Assembly (NCBI RefSeq): GCF_009914755.1
Contig: NC_060928.1
Origin: the human T2T-CHM13v2.0 reference genome, Homo sapiens
Length of the DNA stretch: 64,000 nt
Reading direction: 5' to 3' (one strand)
The position numbers and the translations under genes are program-made. The notes under the pieces are model-generated. The model was not told where the DNA came from. It saw only the letters and a list, made by a program, of their open reading frames with translations, and ran no database searches. How positions within the stretch are numbered: the stretch's first letter is position 1; every line of letters starts with the position of its first letter. Of the stretch, positions 41,505 to 57,234 are shown piece after piece.

Positions 41505-41756
41505 GTGAGAGGGCTCTGAGTGGGACGGGGACCCTGGCCGCATGGCCTGGCAAGGGGCAGGGCAGAATCTCCCTGATGAGGCATAGGCAGCGGGTAGACT
41601 GAGACTGGCACCTCCAGGATACCGCCCTCCCCTTCCCCTCCACCATCGCTCACCCCCCACCCCTCCTGCTCAGCCTCCCTCCTCTCGTGGCCTACCTTTG
41701 TCCTCCACTGACCCTAGTGGGGATGGGCGGTCAGCCATAGACCCTGGGTTGCTTGT

Positions 41757-41893
41757 CTTGTCTTTTTCTTTTTGCGGGGACAGGGGTCTCACTGTCTTTC
41801 TCAGGCTGGTTTCAAATTCTGGGGCTCAAGCAATCCTCCCACCTCGGCCTCCCACAGTGCTGGGATTACAGGCGTGGGCCACCGTGCCTGGCC
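41757..41893 (-). mobile_element. Monomeric Alu (FLAM-like) in intron 12
   Basis: Single left-arm-type sequence with T-tail. Confidence 0.85.
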
Positions 41894-42058
41894 TAGGTTC
41901 ATTTCCTGACCTTGTCTGAAGTGCTCTGGGTGCAGGCTCCTGGACATGGAGGACGGAGGGGAAGTGAGGTGGGAACATGGAGAGCACAGGCCTGATGCGG
42001 AGGCCACCTTGGGGGCACCACCGACAGCCAGGGGCCAGCCTGGTGATGCCGCTGTTGA

Positions 42059-42289
<231 letters not shown>

Positions 42290-42721
42290 TGGCAGTCCAT
42301 GTGGCTGCCAGGCCAAGGCAGTCACAGGGGCCCTGACCCCAGGCCACACAGACGGACATGGGCCCACATGGGAGGGTGAGCAGGAGCAAGGCTGTGCTTG
42401 CCTAGGGCCTCTGTGATGGACATCTCGTAGGACCCAGCCAGTCTCATCCAGCAGGTTGGGTTCTAGGGCTGAACCAGGCGCCAGGCTCCAGAGGACGAAG
42501 GGACTCTGTTGCCCCACACTAACTTGCCCTGTCCCAATCCCAGAAACCCAGGACCAAGCTGTGCCTGGGCTCCAAGGACAGGAACACTGGTCCCCCCATC
42601 ACACTCACCCCTAAGTGGGCTGGGAGCCAGGCAGGGCCAGGGCAGCTGGGTGGGGGCCGGGGCTGGCCCTGGGACCCCCAGGAACGCTAAGACACAGGCT
42701 CCAGTAGGGGCTGTTGCCTCC

Positions 42722-42727
42722 AATAAA
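42722..42727 (+). terminator. SH3BP2: Proximal polyadenylation signal AATAAA
   Basis: First AATAAA after the stop codon, followed by GU-rich TTTGCCTTGGTGG. Confidence 0.7.
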
Positions 42728-43006
42728 GCAGCAGTGAGCTTTGCCTTGGTGGCTGGGGCTTGATTGGGAAGGAGGGGATTACCAGCTTACTGGGTGCCCA
42801 TGCTGATGTCTAAGTGGTGACCGCAGCAGTACCCGGGAACCCCAACAGTTGGTTGTCTTGTCTTCCAGGGTGCAGGTCACTGAGTGACTTCCCCAGGGTG
42901 CACAGCGAGTAACAGATCAGGACCCAAACTTGGGCAGTCTGGGCTGGGAGCCCACACCCCACTCACCAGTTCTGCTGCCTCAGGTCAGGCCAGGGCAGTG
43001 CTGCTG

Positions 43007-43215
43007 CAGAGCTAGAAGGCCCTGCAGCTACAGCTGCTTCATTCCCTGCATTAGTGCCTGGTTACTGGGTACCTCCTGAGTGGCTGTCCCCGTTCCAGAA
43101 CTTGCATACACTGAGCGGGCTACAGAGCTAGAAGGCCCTGCAGCTACAGCTGCTTCATTCCCTGCATTAGCGAGCAGTTATTGGGTACCTCCTGCATGCC
43201 TGGTCCCATTCCAGA
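43007..43215. repeat. Two-copy direct repeat (116-bp period, 48-bp identical core) in the 3' UTR
   Basis: CAGAGCTAGAAGGCCCTGCAGCTACAGCTGCTTCATTCCCTGCATTAG at 43007-43054 and 43123-43170. Confidence 0.9.
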
Positions 43216-44023
43216 CAGGGGCCTCTGGCCTGGCTGAGTTCACAGCCCAGTCTGGGGACAGCTGGGTATGAGGTGCTTACGGCACAGTGTCCAGGGCAGC
43301 TGGGTGTGCAGGGACTGGGGGCTCCCGGAAGATTTTTTGGAGGAAGTAACAGCTATGATGGGATGGGAACAGTGGACCCTAAGCAGGCCAAGGGTGCGTA
43401 GGGACGGTGGTACCCAGATGCCCAAGTCTTCCAGGCAATACCTGGCTCAGGCCCAGCCCCAATCCATCCCCTTACTTTCTGCCATGGAGTTCCAGCAGGT
43501 CACTCTCCCTGGCACACCTTCCAGGCTGGATTTTTAATGAAACAGACTCAGGGAGGTAGGGGCTGGCAGGGACCCTAGAATCCTTGTGATTTTTCTTAGC
43601 ACCTTATGTCAGGGAAACCTAAACTGAGGTCAGCACTTGGGCCCACTGACAGTGACTGACTGGGGGAGAAGGTCCTGCAGCCCCCTTCCCCTGGGTGTGT
43701 TCTGGGGACCTGTGGTTTGCTGGCGGAAACAAGTGATGAGGCTGGTTAGCGGATGTGGGAGGCTGTGACCCCAGGGGGCCATAGGGTGCGGTGGAACTGC
43801 AGGCCCTGCAGATGACGGCAGCCAGCTGCTTCCAGGAACCAGGTGTCCAAGGCCACCTCTGCAGGGGTTTCCTCTTCAGCCTGCCTGGGGTGAGAGGTCA
43901 GTGCACCACAGCCGAGGCTGGAGCACAGGGAGCTTCTGTTGTTCTGATCTATCTCTGGAAAACCAGCCATTCCTCCTCCCTGCAGTCAGAATTCTTTGCC
44001 CTGTCTGACCTGAACTTGCTTAG

Positions 44024-44380
<357 letters not shown>

Positions 44381-45476
44381 CCTTCCTGTAAAATTTTTAA
44401 ATGGAGAATTGGGTGCGAGATGTGGTTTCCAGCCTGGTGCCTGGGGTGCTGAGCTAGTGAGTGGTGCAGTCCAGGACACCTTTGCTTTATCTCACTTACA
44501 CGGTCACCTGGAGCCGGCTCAAGTGGCTAAAGCATCCTGGGGCCCAGAGCCAGGTGATAGGTCCCTCTGGCCAACTGGACAGTTGAGGCCTGTGGTTACC
44601 CGAAGCCCAGCTGGGGCCCTGGTCCAGCCTCGCCTCCCAGACTCTGCACCTGCTAGCACAGCTGTCCACGTCTGTGTGAGCTGCTCTAGGCCGAGGGCCT
44701 CAGTTTCAAGAGTGTGTTGGGGTGGGATGGGGCAGGCCGTGGTCCTCCAGCATGAAGAAGGAGCCATGAGGAGTTCCCATGACCTCCCGAGACTTGCCAT
44801 AAGTGTTCTAGTCCACATATAAGGGTAGGGTTGGGATTACCATTTACTGACCACATCTGTGAGGTGCCGAGCTGGGTGCTTGACATCATTTGCTTGGAGA
44901 AGCAGCTGCTAGTAGACCCATTTTACAGGTGAGAGAACCAAGTCTCACAGAGGCCTGGGTTCAAGTCCCACCTCTGCCACTAACTGGCATGTGACCCTAT
45001 CTATCCTTCACTGCTCTGAGCCTAGACCCTGGCCCCTGCCTGGCTCCCTGCCAGGCTCCCTGCCACCCCTCACGACCTCTGATGGTCGTTGTGGGGGTCT
45101 CTTGCCTGGCTCCCAGGGCTAGGGTTAGGGCTCTGGAGGTGCTTTCACTCAACCAAGGGGGCCACAGCACTGGGGAGTGAAACTGCCCCGCCTCACCCTG
45201 TGTTGCCCTCTGGGTCTGTGAGGGTGGGCTGGCAGGAGGCCTAGGCCTTGCCCTAGGGGCAGTCCTGCTTCCTCATTTTATAGATAGGGAAACTGAGGCT
45301 TTGGGAGGACTCACTGACATACCTACCTTCAAGATGAGTTCAGGTGGGCTCAGTTCTGGGGCTTGGGAAAAGGGCCCCAGTGGCTTTGGGAAGCACCCCC
45401 AGCCCAGGGTGAAACATGCTTCTTCTCTTCCTGTGGTTCCATCCGAAGGATTGTGGTGAGCCCCGTGCCTTCAGTT

Positions 45477-45482
45477 AATAAA
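45477..45482 (+). terminator. SH3BP2: Alternative polyadenylation signal AATAAA
   Basis: AATAAA followed by TTTGTATTGTG and a U-rich tract from an Alu tail. Confidence 0.55.
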
Positions 45483-45501
45483 GATTTGTATTGTGAAAAG
45501 A

Positions 45502-45782
45502 TTTTTTCTTTTTTTTTTGGGACACAGTCTCACTCTGTCGCCCAGGCTAGAGTGGATTGGCGTGATCTCGGCTCAATGCAAATCTCCAGGGTTCAATCGA
45601 TTCTCCTGCCTCACCCTCCCATGTAGCTGGGATTACAGCTGCCTGCCAAATTTTTGTATTTTTAGTGGAACCGGGGTTTCACCATGTTGGCCAGGCTGGT
45701 CTTGAACTCCTGACCTCAACTGATCCGCCCACCTTGGCCTCCCAAGTGCTGGGATTACAGGCGCGAGCCACGGCGCCCAGCC
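45502..45782 (-). mobile_element. Alu, antisense
   Basis: Alu arm motifs; TGAAAAGAT flanking duplication. Confidence 0.9.
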
Positions 45783-46998
45783 TTGAAAAGATGTTTTTAG
45801 AACCAGAAGAAACCTCGGTTCCCACTGATCCTTCTGGGCCACGTTGTGCGGAGCTCCCCTGCTGGTTGGGGCTCAGCGCAGCCCCAGGGAGGTGCTTCCT
45901 GCACCTCAGGATGGGCGAGGGTGGGCATTGGGGGAGAGGGGGACCTGGGACCTGCGGCTTAGTTCCCTGAGGCAGGCAGGGCTTATTGGGGCCATTTCAT
46001 AGAAAGGCAGATTGAAGCTCAGCAGGGAAGAGGCTTTTGAGGGTGATCCAGGCGCTGGAGGGATGGCCTAGGACACCAGGGTCACACCAGGAACATGGGA
46101 GGGCCGTGCTTGTCTCTAGACGAGGGGAATGGGGGAAGGGCCACAACCTCTGTTTCTGTGACCCAGCAGCATCAAGCCCCTCGCTGGGCACCTCGCACAC
46201 ACCCCCTGCCTTATCTCTGCCTGCACGCCCTGTTCCCTCCACCTAGACTGCCTGCTGAGGGGGCAGTGCCAGGAGGTTGCCTGTCCTTGGGGAAGAGGGG
46301 CAGTGACCCTGTGAAGATGCTTGACAGACAACCCCCACCACCTCAGAAGTGTGTGTGAGTGGTGAACCCTTTTAAGCCATCTTCCAACCATTCTCACTGG
46401 AGGGAGATTTGATGGGTACAGAGCAGACCCCTACCTGTCTACCCTCCTTCGGACCCCTAGGAAGCTTCGCAGGCCTTCCAGGCTGCCAGACAGCTGCCCT
46501 GGCGTTGCCGTCTGCTTCTTCCCTGGCCCCACTCTGAGGGGCTCAGAGCTGAGGCAGAATCCCTTTTTCATTCATTTCCTGCAGAATAAAACAACATACA
46601 GAAAAGTGAATAAAACATAAATGCACAACCTAACACACTGTTAGGAAGTGAACGATCTGCAACCACCATCAGGAAATAGTTTTGCCAGCACCCAAGTGCC
46701 CTCCCCTCACAGTGTCACTTCCGGCCTCTCTGCCCTGGCTTATGTGAGTCTTGTGTTCTTGTTTTTCTAAAAAGTCTTCAGCACCCAATTATGCAGGCAT
46801 TGCAGTATTTTCCTGTTTCTGTGCTTTATCCCCTTGAATCATACAGATGCAAATTCTGGCAGCTGGCTTCTTTGGCTCGTTATTATGTCTGTGAGATTTA
46901 TTCATGTTGCTGTGCGTAGTATAGTTTGTGCATGTTCATTGCTAAAAACTTCCATTGTTTGGCTGTATCGTAGTTCACAGATTCATTTCACTGTCAGT

Positions 46999-47205
46999 CA
47001 AGCTTGTCCAATGCATGCAGCCCAGGATGCCTTTGAATGTGGCCCAACACAAATTTGTAAACTTTCTTAAAACATTATAAAGATTTTTGTTTGCGATTTT
47101 TTTTTTTTAGCTCATCAGCTATAGTTAGTGGTAGTGTATTTTATGCGTGACCCGAGACAGTTCTTCCGGTATGGTCCATGGAAGCCAAAAGATTGGACAT
47201 GCCTG
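46999..47205 (-). mobile_element. MER30-like hAT-Charlie non-autonomous DNA transposon
   Basis: Imperfect TIRs CAAGCTTGTCCAA / TTGGACATGCCTG; internal AGCTCATCAGCTAT and GGAAGCCAAAAGATTGGACA. Confidence 0.85.
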
Positions 47206-47611
47206 CTGTAGATGGACAGTTGGTTTGTTTCTAGTTTGGGGTAACTACACACAATGCTGCTAGCAACAGTTTTGTCCATGTCTCTGATGCACGTGTGTTT
47301 TTTGCAAATGGTGCACAAATTTTTCTAGGGTTTGTACTCAGGAGTCTGACTCCTGGGTTCTAGGGTATGAAGATCTTTCTAAATATTGTTCTAGTTTACG
47401 TGCCCACCAGCAGTAAAACAGAATTCCCTTGCCTTCCCATCCTTGGCAGACATTTCACTTTTGCCAGTCTGGTGGGGTGTATAGTTATGGCCTTAATTTG
47501 CATTTAGCTAATTACCAAGGAGATTGAGCATATTTTTATGTTTTTATTAACCATTTTGATTTTGTCTCCTGTGAAGTGTCTATCATCTTTTGCCCATTTT
47601 TTAACTTGTTG

Positions 47612-48320
47612 TCTTTTTCTTTTTCTTTTCTTTTTTTTTTTTTCTGAGACAGGGTCTCACTCTGTTGCCCTGGCTGGAGTGCAGTGGTGCAATCTCAGCT
47701 CACTGCAGCCTTGAGTCAGGCTCAGGTGATTCTCTCACCTCAGCCTCCCAAGTAGCTGGGACCACAGGCCCACACCACCAAGCCCAGCTAATTTTTTGTA
47801 TTTTTAAGTAGAGACGGGTTTCATCATGTTATGCAGGCTGCTCTCAAACTCTTGAGCTCAAGCGATCTGCTGGCCTCAGCCTCCCAAAGTTGGGATTATA
47901 GGCGTGAGCTACCAGATTTTTTCTTATTAATCTAATAATTCTTTGTATAGTCTTGATATTATCCATAACGTGTATTGCAAATATCTTCTCTAACTCTGGC
48001 TTGACTGTTTATGGTGTCCTTTTTTTTTGGGGGGGGTTTTTTGAGACAAGGTCTTGCTCTGTCACCCAGGCTGGAGTGTTATGGCACAATCTTGGCTTAT
48101 TGCAGCCTCAATTCCTAGGCTTAAACAGTCCTCCCACCTCAGCCTCCTGAGTAGCCGGAACTACAGTCACGCACTTCCATGTCCAGATAATTTTTTTTTT
48201 TTTTTTAGAGATAGGATCTTACTATGCCCCAGCTGGTCTCAAACTCCTAGACTCAATGAGCCTCCCATCTTGACCTCCCAAAGTGCTGGGAGTACAGGCA
48301 TGAGCCACTGTGCATGCCAG
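47612..48320 (-). mobile_element. Two antisense AluJ-like elements (47612-47913; ~48020-48320)
   Basis: T-tails and Alu arms. Confidence 0.9.
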
Positions 48321-48398
48321 TTCTTATTTTTAATGCAGTTGAATTGATCAGTGTTTTCATTTTGGTTAGTGCTTTTTGTGGCTTAAGAAATTCTTTCC

Positions 48399-48710
48399 AG
48401 GCTGGGTACAGTGGCTCACACCTGTAATGCCAGCACTTTGGGGGCAGAGGCAGGAGGATTACTTGAGCTCAGGAGTTTGAGACCAACCTGGACAACATGG
48501 CGAAACACCATCTCTACAAAAAATACAAAAATTAGCTGGACATGGTGGTGCGTGCCTGTAGTCCCAGCTACTCAGGTGGCTGGGGTGAGAGGATTGCTTG
48601 AGCCCAGAAGGTCAAGGCTGCAGTGAGCTGTGATTGTGCCACTGCACTTCAGCCTGTGAGACAGAGTGAGACCCTATCTCAAAAAAAACCAAAAAAAAAA
48701 AAAAAAAAAA
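48399..48710 (+). mobile_element. Alu (AluJ-like), sense
   Basis: GGCTGGGTACAGTGGCTCAC...poly(A). Confidence 0.95.
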
Positions 48711-49524
48711 GAAAACCACTGAAATTATTTCCACTCCAAGGTCATGAAGATAGTCTCTTAGATTATATTCTGAAATCCTTATAAATGTAAATTTCATATT
48801 TAGGCCTTTAATTCACCTAGATTTGGTTTTTTGCATATGGTGTGAGGTAAGGATTCACTTTCATTTTTTTCTCTCCATAGGGTTACACACCTGTCCTATC
48901 ATTGTTTGTAATCTAACTTTCTGCGCCCATCTGCAATGCCACCTCTGTCATATGTCCACATATGACATATGTAGATCTGTTGTTGGATTCTTTCCTCTGT
49001 TCCATTAGTCTGTCTGTTCTTGTGCCAATATCAAGCTGTCTTCATTATTATCAATTATGTATTGAGATCTGATAAAGTAAGTCTTTTCCACCTTATTTTT
49101 CTTCTTTGAGAGTGTCTTGACTATTCTGGCTCTTTGTATTTTCATGTAAGGTTTTTCTCCCATATAAGTTTTAAAATCAGCTTGTCAATTCCAACAACAA
49201 TGATGCACTTGATAGTTTGGGAATTTATTATAGCTATCAATCAGTTTTGGGAAAATTGACGTCTTTACAATATTGAGTTTTCTGATTCATGAACATGGTT
49301 TACCTCTCTTTCCATTTGGGTCTTCTTTAAGGTTTACCAATAGGATTTTATATTTTTGTCCATTGTGGTCTTGCTTATCTTAAGTTTGATTTGTAAATAT
49401 TTTATGTTTCTTTTAGTCTATTGTAAATTGTGTATTTTTAATTTCATTTTTTTTTTTGTTAATAGCATATAAAACACACCTTGTCTTTTAACTGGAGCAT
49501 TTTGTCCATTGTGTATTTAATGTA

Positions 49525-49530
49525 ATTAAA
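49525..49530 (+). terminator. SH3BP2: Candidate distal polyadenylation signal ATTAAA (end of long SH3BP2 3' UTR)
   Basis: TGTA upstream elements, ATTAAA, downstream GU-rich TTGTGTTTGTGTTTT; fits my recollection of a ~7-kb UTR. Confidence 0.5.
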
Positions 49531-49847
49531 TCTACCATCTTATTTTATGCTACATATTGTCTCACTTGTGTTTGTGTTTTCTTCCTCCCTTTTCTCTCCT
49601 TTTCCCCTTCTTTGAGATTGAGCAACTTAAAACAAATCATTTCATTTCCCCCCTTCTCCTAGTTAGAAAGTTAAACACTCTCTATTCTTACTGAAGTCTA
49701 GAGTTAACTAATAAATACTTTTATCCTCCTCCTGGACAACATAAGGACCTCAGGTGACTTTCATTGGTCTCCCTCATTACTTGATATTATTGTTGTATAT
49801 ATCTAATTCTAACTCAATGTATTTTAAAACTCTCACCTAAGACCGTA

Positions 49848-50153
49848 TTTGTTTTTTTGTTTTTTTTTTTTTGGAGGCAGAGTCTCTGTCACCCAGGCTG
49901 GAGTGCAGTGGCGCCATCTTGGCTCATTGCAACCTCCATCTCCTGGGTTCAAGCAATTCTTGTGCCTCAGCCTCCTGAGTAGCTGGAATTACAGGTGCCT
50001 GCCACCAGACCCAGCTAATTTCTTGTATTTTTAGTAGAGACAGTGTTCTGCCATGTTGTCCATGTTGATCTCTTAACTCCTGAGCTCAGGCAATCCTCCC
50101 GCCTTGGCCTCCCAAATTGCTAGGATTACAGGCAAGAGCCACCACGCCTGGAC
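49848..50153 (-). mobile_element. Alu, antisense
   Basis: Full-length Alu motifs. Confidence 0.93.
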
Positions 50154-50189
50154 CTTTTTACTTTTTTGTAGTTGGAAAAGGAAGGAATA

Positions 50190-51390
<1,201 letters not shown>

Positions 51391-51749
51391 TATGGGAAGC
51401 AGAAGTGAATGAGACAGAATTGTGATCTTGTCAGAAAAATCGTCTTGGAAAAGCCAACGTCCAACAGAAATGGTTAGAACAGGGGTCGCTGGCTTCCATC
51501 CAGACAGTATCCCTGACCCTTGTTGGGGCAATGTCACAGAGGCTCCTGCTGAGCAGGGAGGTCTGGATTCCACACTCTTCTGCCACTGCCCAGCTCTGGA
51601 CCTAAGCTTTCTATGGGTGTCAAGAGGACAAGCAGCCGTGCCCATTTGTCTCGCTGCTTGTTTTTTTGGGTGTCAGATGCGCCAGCAGGAGGGACAGTGT
51701 GCGGGAAGGTGCTGGTCTGAGGCTGGTCCTGCCAAAGCCCCGCAGGCTC

Positions 51750-53000
51750 ACTCCCTGGTCGTGCGGAGGTGGCTGGTGCTCGCTGGTCTCCTCAGCACCC
51801 GCAGGCCGGGCCCGGGGGCCAGGCAGTTGTCCTCTGTGGAGCCTTATCGGGGCCCACAGGCCCTGCTGCCTTGACCCCACCCGGGCCCCAAAACTCGGCC
51901 TGGGGACTGCACAAGGCGGGGCTACGCGGGGCAGGGCCCGTCTGCTGGGGGAGTGCGCTGGGCGGCGGCGGGAGGGCAGGGTCCCTGGGCTCCGACAGCC
52001 CCTCCGGCGGAGGTCAATCACAATGAAACCGTGTCCAGCGGACCCGGCAGGGGCTCGCCGCAGTCTACCTGGCCACCGTGAAGCCATGACCTGGCGCCCG
52101 AAGCTGCCGGCCGGGGTGTACTCCGCGCGGGACCCTGGGCCTCCGCAGGCCCCGGCGGGGTCGCCCCGAGGCGGGCCTGGCGAGTCCAATCGCCCTGCCC
52201 GCAGGGGACCCGCCCCTCATGGGTCCCGCCAATCGCAGGGTACGTTGCTCGGCAGTGCTGCGCGGCTTGGCCTATGGGACGGCGCGTTGTTGGGCTGCAG
52301 CGCCGCAGGCCGCACCCAGGTCGGGCGGTGGGGGCGAGCGGAGGGGCTGAGGGGCGGAGAGGCCTGGCGGGCCGCTGCTGCGGGCCAGGGGACGGGGGCG
52401 GAGCCGGAGCCGGAGCCGACGGGCGGTGGCCGCACTGGGACCCCGGAATCCCGCGCGCTGCCCACGATTCGCTTCTGAGGTGAGGCTAGCTAGCGGGGGC
52501 GGCGGGGGCCCGGTTCGGGCTGAGGCGGCGGCGGGGGCGCGGGGAACTGGGCCGCGGTTGCGGCGGGCGGGGGCCGCGGGGCCTGCGGCGGCCCGGGCAG
52601 CCTCGGGGGCGGGGAGGCCGCTGCGGCGCCGAGGGCGTCTTGGAGGGGTCCCCGCGGGGCCTTCGGCCTGGGCCGAGCCGGGGAGCGAGGGCGCCGCAGA
52701 TCTTTCATCGGGATAGGACCCCGGGGACTAGGCTTTTCCCGGGCCGCTCGTTCCTGGCCGGCTTGTGGGCTGCAGGGGTGGGGGCGGAGGAGGACGACCC
52801 TGGCTGGACGCTGGTCAGCATCCTGCTTGTGAGACCGGTTCCGCGGTCCGCAGCGCTGGTGGCTGCAAGGTTTGTGTACGGACGCATCTGTCGGCTCTCG
52901 TATTTAAAAACGACGGCTTCTGCCAAAAGAGAAAAGCCATATCTGCCGACGGACGCTCGAGAGATAATCGTGGAACTTTATCAGCGATGGGGCTGTTGGT
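51750..53000. promoter_or_regulatory. ADD1: CpG island / ADD1 promoter with two CCAATCGC boxes (52186, 52229) and GC boxes
   Basis: CpG-dense island in an AT-rich context; TATA-less NF-Y/Sp-type architecture. Confidence 0.88.
52312..52479 (+). other. ADD1: ADD1 (alpha-adducin) non-coding exon 1 (start approximate)
   Basis: Sequence ...GGAGCCGGAGCCGGAGCCGACGG...CGATTCGCTTCTGAG|GTGAGG recognised as ADD1 5' UTR; known gene order SH3BP2 then ADD1. No ADD1 coding exon in the window. Confidence 0.8.
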
Positions 53001-53423
53001 CACCTTTGCCCTCCCTCTCTTTTCTTTTTTCTTAATCTTTTATTTTCGTTTTTTGGGAGATGTCAGAGGGCCTTTCCCTGTTAGGATGACTTTTATCTTT
53101 GCTCTTGTAATGGCTCAAGATAGTTGGGAGGTAATTTGCATTCACTTTATGCATACCCACCTTGAAAAACGTATTTTGGTTCGCCTGAAACTGTTGTTGG
53201 TTTGAGCATAATTTATGTTTAGAAAGACAAAAAGCAGTTGTCATATCTCCAAAGACCAAAGACATAGCTGATAGCTGTATGCATTACTGGTAAGTTAAAG
53301 AAAGATTTTTTGTGTGAAAAATTGACTGAGATCTTAATGGGGATAGGAAATAGAATGCTGATAGGTCGACTGTGTCTATGAGTAGAGGCGCCTAGTGAAA
53401 ACAAGCTTGGAGTGGATGAGTAG

Positions 53424-53825
<402 letters not shown>

Positions 53826-55143
53826 TACGTTAAAATTTTAATATACTCCTTTGATTTTGACAGTGGAGAAAACTAGAATAGTAAAGTTGTCTTTTCAGGA
53901 AGTGGATGATTTGGGCAGTCAAAACTGCTTTTCAGAGTTTCGATGTGGTTTACAATGGTATGGACAGCTGGTATGATTTGTTAGTTTTCTACTTGTGGTG
54001 TCTTTAGGTTTTAAAGTTTCGGAGAGTCGCTGAGTGATGTGAGTCTAAACTCTAGCCAGTCCCCGAATTGTGAGATAGTTTTCCTTCTAAAATATACTTC
54101 GTACAAGCTGGTCATTTTTCCCCTTAATTCTTTTGATGTTATCTGATATACTGAGAAGGTTTTGTTTGGTGTTCAGTTTTGTGTTACTGATTTTGCCATA
54201 AAAACTGTTTATTTACATGATTTTTAGTTTTTAGTTCTTATAGTCTTTGAATTGAATAAGAAAAGTAAATACTGAAATGCTTTGAAAGATAACAAAATAT
54301 TTACTTATTGCTTGAAACTTAGAGTTAGATTGACTGCCCTTCCTTTCTTTCCTTCCATGTTTACCTCTTAACATATACACATATGTAGAGAGAATAGTAT
54401 AAACCCCTTTTCTCAACCAGTTTCAACAGTCAATCTTGCTTCATCATATCCCCGCAGTCCTAGATATCCTTTAACCGTTAAATAGTTCAATATGTATATC
54501 TTAAAGACTTAAACAAAAGGTAAACATGAGTACCACTATCACAGAAAATGAATAATTCCTTAATACTTTCAAATATCCAGCCAGTGTTAAAATTGTCAGA
54601 ATTCTCATTTTTTTTCTTAACAATTTCAATCGATCCACATGCTATCTATACAGTGTGACTCATTTTAATTGATAGTTTCCCCTCCATATTTAGTTTTCTC
54701 TTGTAATTTATTTATGGATGAAACCTGGTAGTTTGTCATGTGGAGTTATGCACAGTCTCAATTTTACTCTGTGGCATAGTTTCACAGAATTTACTGAAAA
54801 CTGGTGGTTAGATCTAAAGGTATGATCAGATTCAGCTTTACTTTTGTCAAGCAAACTTCTTAGGTAAGTAGGCAGAAATGATTAGTAGTCTTTGTTCGCA
54901 GCCCTTGATTGTCAGTGCCTACAGTCATTTCAGCAAGCATTGAATATATTGATATTTGAATTCTATAACTTCTTTTATTAAATAGAATATTTTTATAAAG
55001 ATAATTTTTCATGCCTCCACTATTTGGTTATCTTGAGGTATCTCTTACAGAAAAGGGAGGATAAATGCTTAATTCTTCTCCATTATTTACTAGGTTTCAC
55101 ATAATGAATTGTTTCGCTAATATCCTTCAAAAGTAGCCAATGA

Positions 55144-55877
<734 letters not shown>

Positions 55878-56013
55878 GGAAGTAAGACTAGGATTCTACT
55901 CAACCTTCTCATTTTTATATACCTGTATCTACTTTTCTTCTAAGCCAAACATTTTGGTTCTACTTGCTCACTGTTTCAACCCACACCGTACACATTTCAG
56001 TCTCAGAACAAGA

Positions 56014-56685
<672 letters not shown>

Positions 56686-56919
56686 TAGGAATCTTAACAT
56701 AGCATAATATTAAACTTTAATAGAGTTGTTTAATTGTTAATGCTTATTCTGGCCTTTCTACATTGAGGAACCTTGAGTTTAAAGGAATGAGGGGAAGCAC
56801 ATTTAATACAGTTTGCCTTTTGAGCTTAATTTTTCTAGAAGTACCTTTTTAAACAGTTGTTATAACTAATGTGTAACACTGTTTTTGATAACTGTCAGCT
56901 TAAACATGTTGAGCATATA

Positions 56920-57234
56920 TTTATTTAATTAATTTATTTTTTTTGAGACAGACTCTTGCTCTGTCACCTAGGCGGGAATATAGTGATGTGATCATAGTTT
57001 GCCGCAGCCTTGAACTCCTGGGCTTAAGCCATTCTCCCACCTCTGACTCTGAAGTAGCTAAGACTGCAGGTTCATGCCAACAGGCTTGGCTAATTTTTTT
57101 TTTTTTTTGAGATAAGGTTTCAAAAGCCTGAGCTGTGTTGCTCAGGCTGGTCTTGAATTCCTGGTCTCAAGTGATCCTCCTGTCTCAGCCTCTGAATATG
57201 CTAGGATAACAGGCATGAGTCACTGCACCTGACC
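56920..57234 (-). mobile_element. Alu (AluJ-like)
   Basis: Diverged antisense Alu. Confidence 0.88.

Larger units (their letters stand above)
46570..49800 (-). mobile_element. Fragmented ancient L1 (L1M/L1ME-like) interrupted by MER30 and Alus
   Basis: AT-rich; motifs such as GAGATTTATTCATGTTGCTG, CCCACCAGCAGT, GATTGAGCATATTTTTATG and TTGCATATGGTGTGAGGTAAGGA resemble antisense L1 3' ends. Confidence 0.7.

Noticed and set aside
45114-45131. AGGGCTAGGGTTAGGG telomere-like stretch
   Set aside because: Only one perfect TTAGGG unit; too short to call an interstitial telomeric repeat.
51620-52716. ORFs across the ADD1 CpG island
   Set aside because: No adducin sequence; ADD1 coding exons lie beyond the window.
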